From Candidatus Bathyarchaeota archaeon (lineage in GTDB: Archaea > Thermoproteota > Bathyarchaeia > TCS64), in the NCBI GenBank assembly GCA_963771885.1, contig CAVYVF010000023.1:32001-96000 (forward strand): a stretch of DNA of 64,000 bases. The letters run 5' to 3'. The notes below the pieces were generated by a model that did no database searches, was not told where the DNA came from, and saw nothing but the letters and a program-made list of their open reading frames with translations. This document shows positions 60,558-64,000 of this stretch, in pieces. The translations under genes were made by a program, and so were the position numbers. The stretch's first letter is position 1, and every line of letters starts with the position of its first letter.

Positions 60558-62507
60558 CTAGAGGTACTTCTTCATCCACCTGACGAGGTGGCGGAGCCTC
60601 TCCTCCCTGTGCTTGGGCTTGCCGCTACGGCTAAGCTCGTGGTTCTCCCCGGGAAAGCGTATGAACTCCGTTTCAACTCCCCTGAGCTTTAAGGCGGTGA
60701 ACCACTGCTCCCCCTGCTCGATGGGGCAACGTAGGTCCTCCTCGCTGTGGACGATGAGGGTCGGCGTCTTTACGCGATCGACGTAGTATAAGGGACTGCG
60801 TCTCATCTGCTCCAGAGTGTCCCCGCCCCAGTAGGTCTTGCCGCCGCTGATACTCTCCGGCTGCATGTAACCTATGTCGGATGTGCCGAACTTACTGACC
60901 CAGTTGCAGATACTGCGGAATGTGACCGCCGCCTTGAAGCGGGTGGTCTGTGTTATCATCCAATTCGTCATATAGCCACCGTAACTGCCGCCACAGACGC
61001 CAAGGTGCCCCGGGTCGATCCATGGGAACCTCTTCAACGCCTCATCAAGGCACGCATTGAGGTCCTCGTAGTCTCCCACACCGTAGCTACGCATGACGCC
61101 CTGCGTGAAGCACTCCTCGTACCCCGCGCTGCCCCGGGGGTTCGTGTAGACGACGGCGATCCCCTCACCGGTGAGTACCTGGAACTCGTGGAAGACACCG
61201 TCGCCGAAGAGGGCGCGAGGCCCACCGTGTATCTCGAGGATAGCGGGGCACCTCTCCCCCTCCCTCAAGGAGGGCGGCTTGATGACCCACGCCTCGACGT
61301 CCCTGCCCATGCTGCTCGTGAAGCTGAACCTGATCGGCTCGGCCATCTGGAGCTTCTTGAGGAGGTCGTCGTTGAAGTGGGTCAGGCGGCGGTCGCCCTT
61401 CACGTCCCTGACGTAGAGCTCGTTGGGGTGCGTAGCATCCATCGCCACGTAGGCGAAGGTGTCACCCATGAGGCTGAACCCGTCGACGCTGGGCTTCCCG
61501 ATCAAGACCTCCGTCGTACCGTCGGTTAGGCGTGTCCTGTAGAGGCTGCTCTTCGGCGTGTTGGAGGTGTAGAAGTAGATGCTTTCACCGTCTGGGCTCC
61601 AGACCGGCGCGGTGTCGGGTGAGGCGACACGCAGGTCGCTACCGACGCCGTAGCCGAGGCTTCTGTCGAAGGATGGGTCGGCCCTCCTCGGTGTGCCTCC
61701 TCCGGAGGGCATAACCCAGAGGCTCTCATCGACTGCGAGCTCCTCGGGCTTGTCGTTGCCGATGAAGGCGATCCTACCGCTGTCGGGGGAGTAGGAGATG
61801 CAGGCAATTGAGAAGTGGCTATCCGTGAGTTTCCGAGGTTCGCCGCCGGATGATGGGATGGTGTAGATGTCGGTGACCTCGCTCGTATCGGCGTCGGGCG
61901 CCATGTTTGTGACGAAGGCGACCGTCTTACCGTCGGGGCTCCACGCGGCGGCACCCACATCGTACTCGCCCTTTGTGAGCTGCTTCGGAGTCGCCCTAGG
62001 CTTCACGACGAAGAGGTGGTTACGCCTCCCCTCGAACGTGCCCTGTCCGTTGAGCTTGTACCTAATCCGCTTGATGTATTTGACATCGGTCTCTGGCTTC
62101 TTCTCCATCCAGACCTTGGAGGCGAAGAGTATGTGTTTGGAGTCTGGTGCCCAGGAAGGCGCGGCTACGCCGAGCTCGGTGTCGGCTACGAGCCTCGCCT
62201 CACCCCCCTCCACGTCGATAGCGTAGAGCTGAGTCTTCCTCCCCGGCTGCCTACCGTTGGAGAGGAATAGGAGCCTCCGCCCGTCGGGGGACCAGCGGGG
62301 ATACGTGTCGCTGCCTTCACCGTAGGTAAACTGAGCGTGCTTCCCCGTCGCCGCATCGGCGAGCCAGATGTGGCGGTCGTAGCCGTCCTTCTCGATGTTC
62401 ACATCGGAGAGCACGAAAGCGACCCTCTTACCGTCTGGGGATAGTTGGGGATCGGAGACGAACCTGAACCTACGGAGGTCCTCTATGACAACAGGGCGCG
62501 CCTGCAT
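60558..62507 (-). CDS. S9 family peptidase (acylaminoacyl-peptidase-like) with beta-propeller
   Basis: WSPDG repeats, IHGGP, GGSYGG, DLRCP, ENHELSR. Confidence 0.95.
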   Translation of the reverse strand: MQARPVVIEDLRRFRFVSDPQLSPDGKRVAFVLSDVNIEKDGYDRHIWLADAATGKHAQFTYGEGSDTYPRWSPDGRRLLFLSNGRQPGRKTQLYAIDVEGGEARLVADTELGVAAPSWAPDSKHILFASKVWMEKKPETDVKYIKRIRYKLNGQGTFEGRRNHLFVVKPRATPKQLTKGEYDVGAAAWSPDGKTVAFVTNMAPDADTSEVTDIYTIPSSGGEPRKLTDSHFSIACISYSPDSGRIAFIGNDKPEELAVDESLWVMPSGGGTPRRADPSFDRSLGYGVGSDLRVASPDTAPVWSPDGESIYFYTSNTPKSSLYRTRLTDGTTEVLIGKPSVDGFSLMGDTFAYVAMDATHPNELYVRDVKGDRRLTHFNDDLLKKLQMAEPIRFSFTSSMGRDVEAWVIKPPSLREGERCPAILEIHGGPRALFGDGVFHEFQVLTGEGIAVVYTNPRGSAGYEECFTQGVMRSYGVGDYEDLNACLDEALKRFPWIDPGHLGVCGGSYGGYMTNWMITQTTRFKAAVTFRSICNWVSKFGTSDIGYMQPESISGGKTYWGGDTLEQMRRSPLYYVDRVKTPTLIVHSEEDLRCPIEQGEQWFTALKLRGVETEFIRFPGENHELSRSGKPKHREERLRHLVRWMKKYL

Positions 62508-62660
62508 CGCGTATCTTTCTGGATCAACGCTACGACGCTTAACACTTTTCGGGTCGAGACACGTTCTTCGAATGGGTTAAAACGAATTTTTCCCCAATTA
62601 GCCTTATAATTTAGGGGCTCTAATGGATGGTTTTTAATAGGGTAACGGGGTTTTCAAACC

Positions 62661-64000
62661 ATGTCCAACAATATCCCCTCCCCGGAGGCATTTTTCGGCC
62701 ATAAAATGGGCGAGGACCGGAAGTTAGAACGCTGGGACCGCGTTGTCGAGTACTTCAATGAGTTGGCGAAGTTGCCATGCGTCAAGGTAACAGAGCTTGG
62801 TAAGTCGACGGAGGGCAACCCTCTCCTTCTCGCCGTTATCACGGCACCCGAGAACATGAAGAGACTCGACAGGATCAAGGAGATGAGCCAGAGGATCGCT
62901 CATCCGAGAGGGGCGACCCAGAAGGAGATCGAGGGCATCATCGCCGAGGGTAAGGCGGTCGTATCGATGACGATGAGCATACACGCCACAGAGGTCGGCG
63001 GCACCCAGATGAGCCCCGAACTCGTCTACGAGATCGCGACAAAGCCCGAGTACGAGGAGATCAGGAGGAACGTCGTCCTCCTGCTCTTCCCCTGCTTCAA
63101 TCCAGACGGCCAGATAATGGTAACGGACTGGTACAACAAGTACCTCGGCACAGAGTACGAGGGCACGAGCCCGCCGTGGCTCTACCACAAGTACACGGGT
63201 CATGACAACAACCGTGACGCAATCAATCTCAGCATGGTTGAGAGCCAGATGGTAGCTCGCGTGATGTACTGGTGAGTGGTTCCCCCAAGCATACATCGAC
63301 TACCACCACATGGGCAGCTACGGTGCCCGCTTCTACGTGCCCCCCTTCAGCAACCCAGTCGACGACCAGGTCGACCCCCTCATCTGGACGGAACAGGAGC
63401 TCTACGGCGGCCTCATGCACGTGATGCTCGAAGCCGCAGGGAAGACGGGCGTCGAGTCCGCTGCTACCTACCCTGGGGAGTTTATGCCCACGTTCAACTA
63501 CGTGCCATGCTGGCACAACATCTGCGGGATGCTCACCGAGTCGGCGAGCGCCGGCATCGCCACCCCGATCTGGATCCACTATCACCAGCTGAAGCCCAGC
63601 AGCAGGGGGCGACCCGAGTACAGGACGCAGATGGGCTTCCCCCACCCTTGGCCCGGGGGCTGGTGGAGACTCCGCGACGTCGTTGAACAGCAGAAGATAA
63701 GCGCCATTGCTACCCTCACGGTTGCGGCAAGCTTCAGGGAGACGCTCCTCAGGAACATGTACCTCAAGGCAACCCGCTCGATTGAGAGAGGCGAGAGGGA
63801 GGCGCCATTCGCCTTCGTCGTCAAGCCGGAGCAGCACGACGAGCTTACCGCCTACAAGCTCCTCAAGACGCTGATGGACATGGGTGTCGAGGTGCAGAGG
63901 AGCCAGCGCGAGTTCACAGCTGATGGGGTCACCTACCCTCGTGGCACACACGTCGTCTTCTCTTCCCAGCCTTGCAGGCCATACATCGTCTCGCTCCTCA
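62661..64000 (+). CDS. M14 zinc carboxypeptidase-family protein (runs off the window); +1 frameshift at 63273
   Basis: IHATE, NPDG, DNNRD; continues as EWFPQAYIDYHHMG after an extra T. Confidence 0.85.

Noticed and set aside
60340..60560. Possible gene remnant between the amidase and the S9 peptidase
   Set aside because: Short fragments with no assignable motif
63270..63278. In-frame TGA in the M14 peptidase as selenocysteine or readthrough
   Set aside because: The downstream homology continues in a different frame, so this is an indel and not recoding
1..64000. Numerous long antisense or alternative-frame ORFs in the track
   Set aside because: Shadow ORFs of GC-rich genes that overlap well-supported CDSs

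Overview
Archaeal chromosomal segment, GC-rich in coding regions. It is most consistent with a TACK-lineage archaeon such as Bathyarchaeia, based on a crenarchaeal-type single-OB SSB, a stand-alone 5S rRNA, DUF1512, archaeal DnaG/TyrS/Cgi121/archease and many peptidases; this assignment is inference only. The window holds about 60 housekeeping and metabolic genes: guaA, a DRG GTPase, tsaC, cgi121, map, queT-queC, a DEAD-box helicase, dnaG, type I gap, tyrS, several ABC systems, peptidases and four MBL-fold hydrolases. It also holds a 5S rRNA, a tRNA-Trp(CCA) with a C/D-box intron, a decayed ParB-like/IS remnant and two redox pseudogenes. Six single-base frameshifts in otherwise intact genes suggest long-read consensus errors. 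The most notable signals are non-coding. (1) A 58-nt leader of the queT-queC operon folds into an SD-sequestering pseudoknot with preQ1-II-like topology, a candidate archaeal 7-deazaguanine riboswitch. (2) A ~200-nt structured leader RNA lies in front of dnaG. Also noted: a TFS paralog lacking the catalytic acidic pair, a NikR-fold regulator with a remodelled metal site, two small ORFs missed by the ORF track and a degenerate tRNA-like element. All product calls come from motif recognition by eye; no database search was run.
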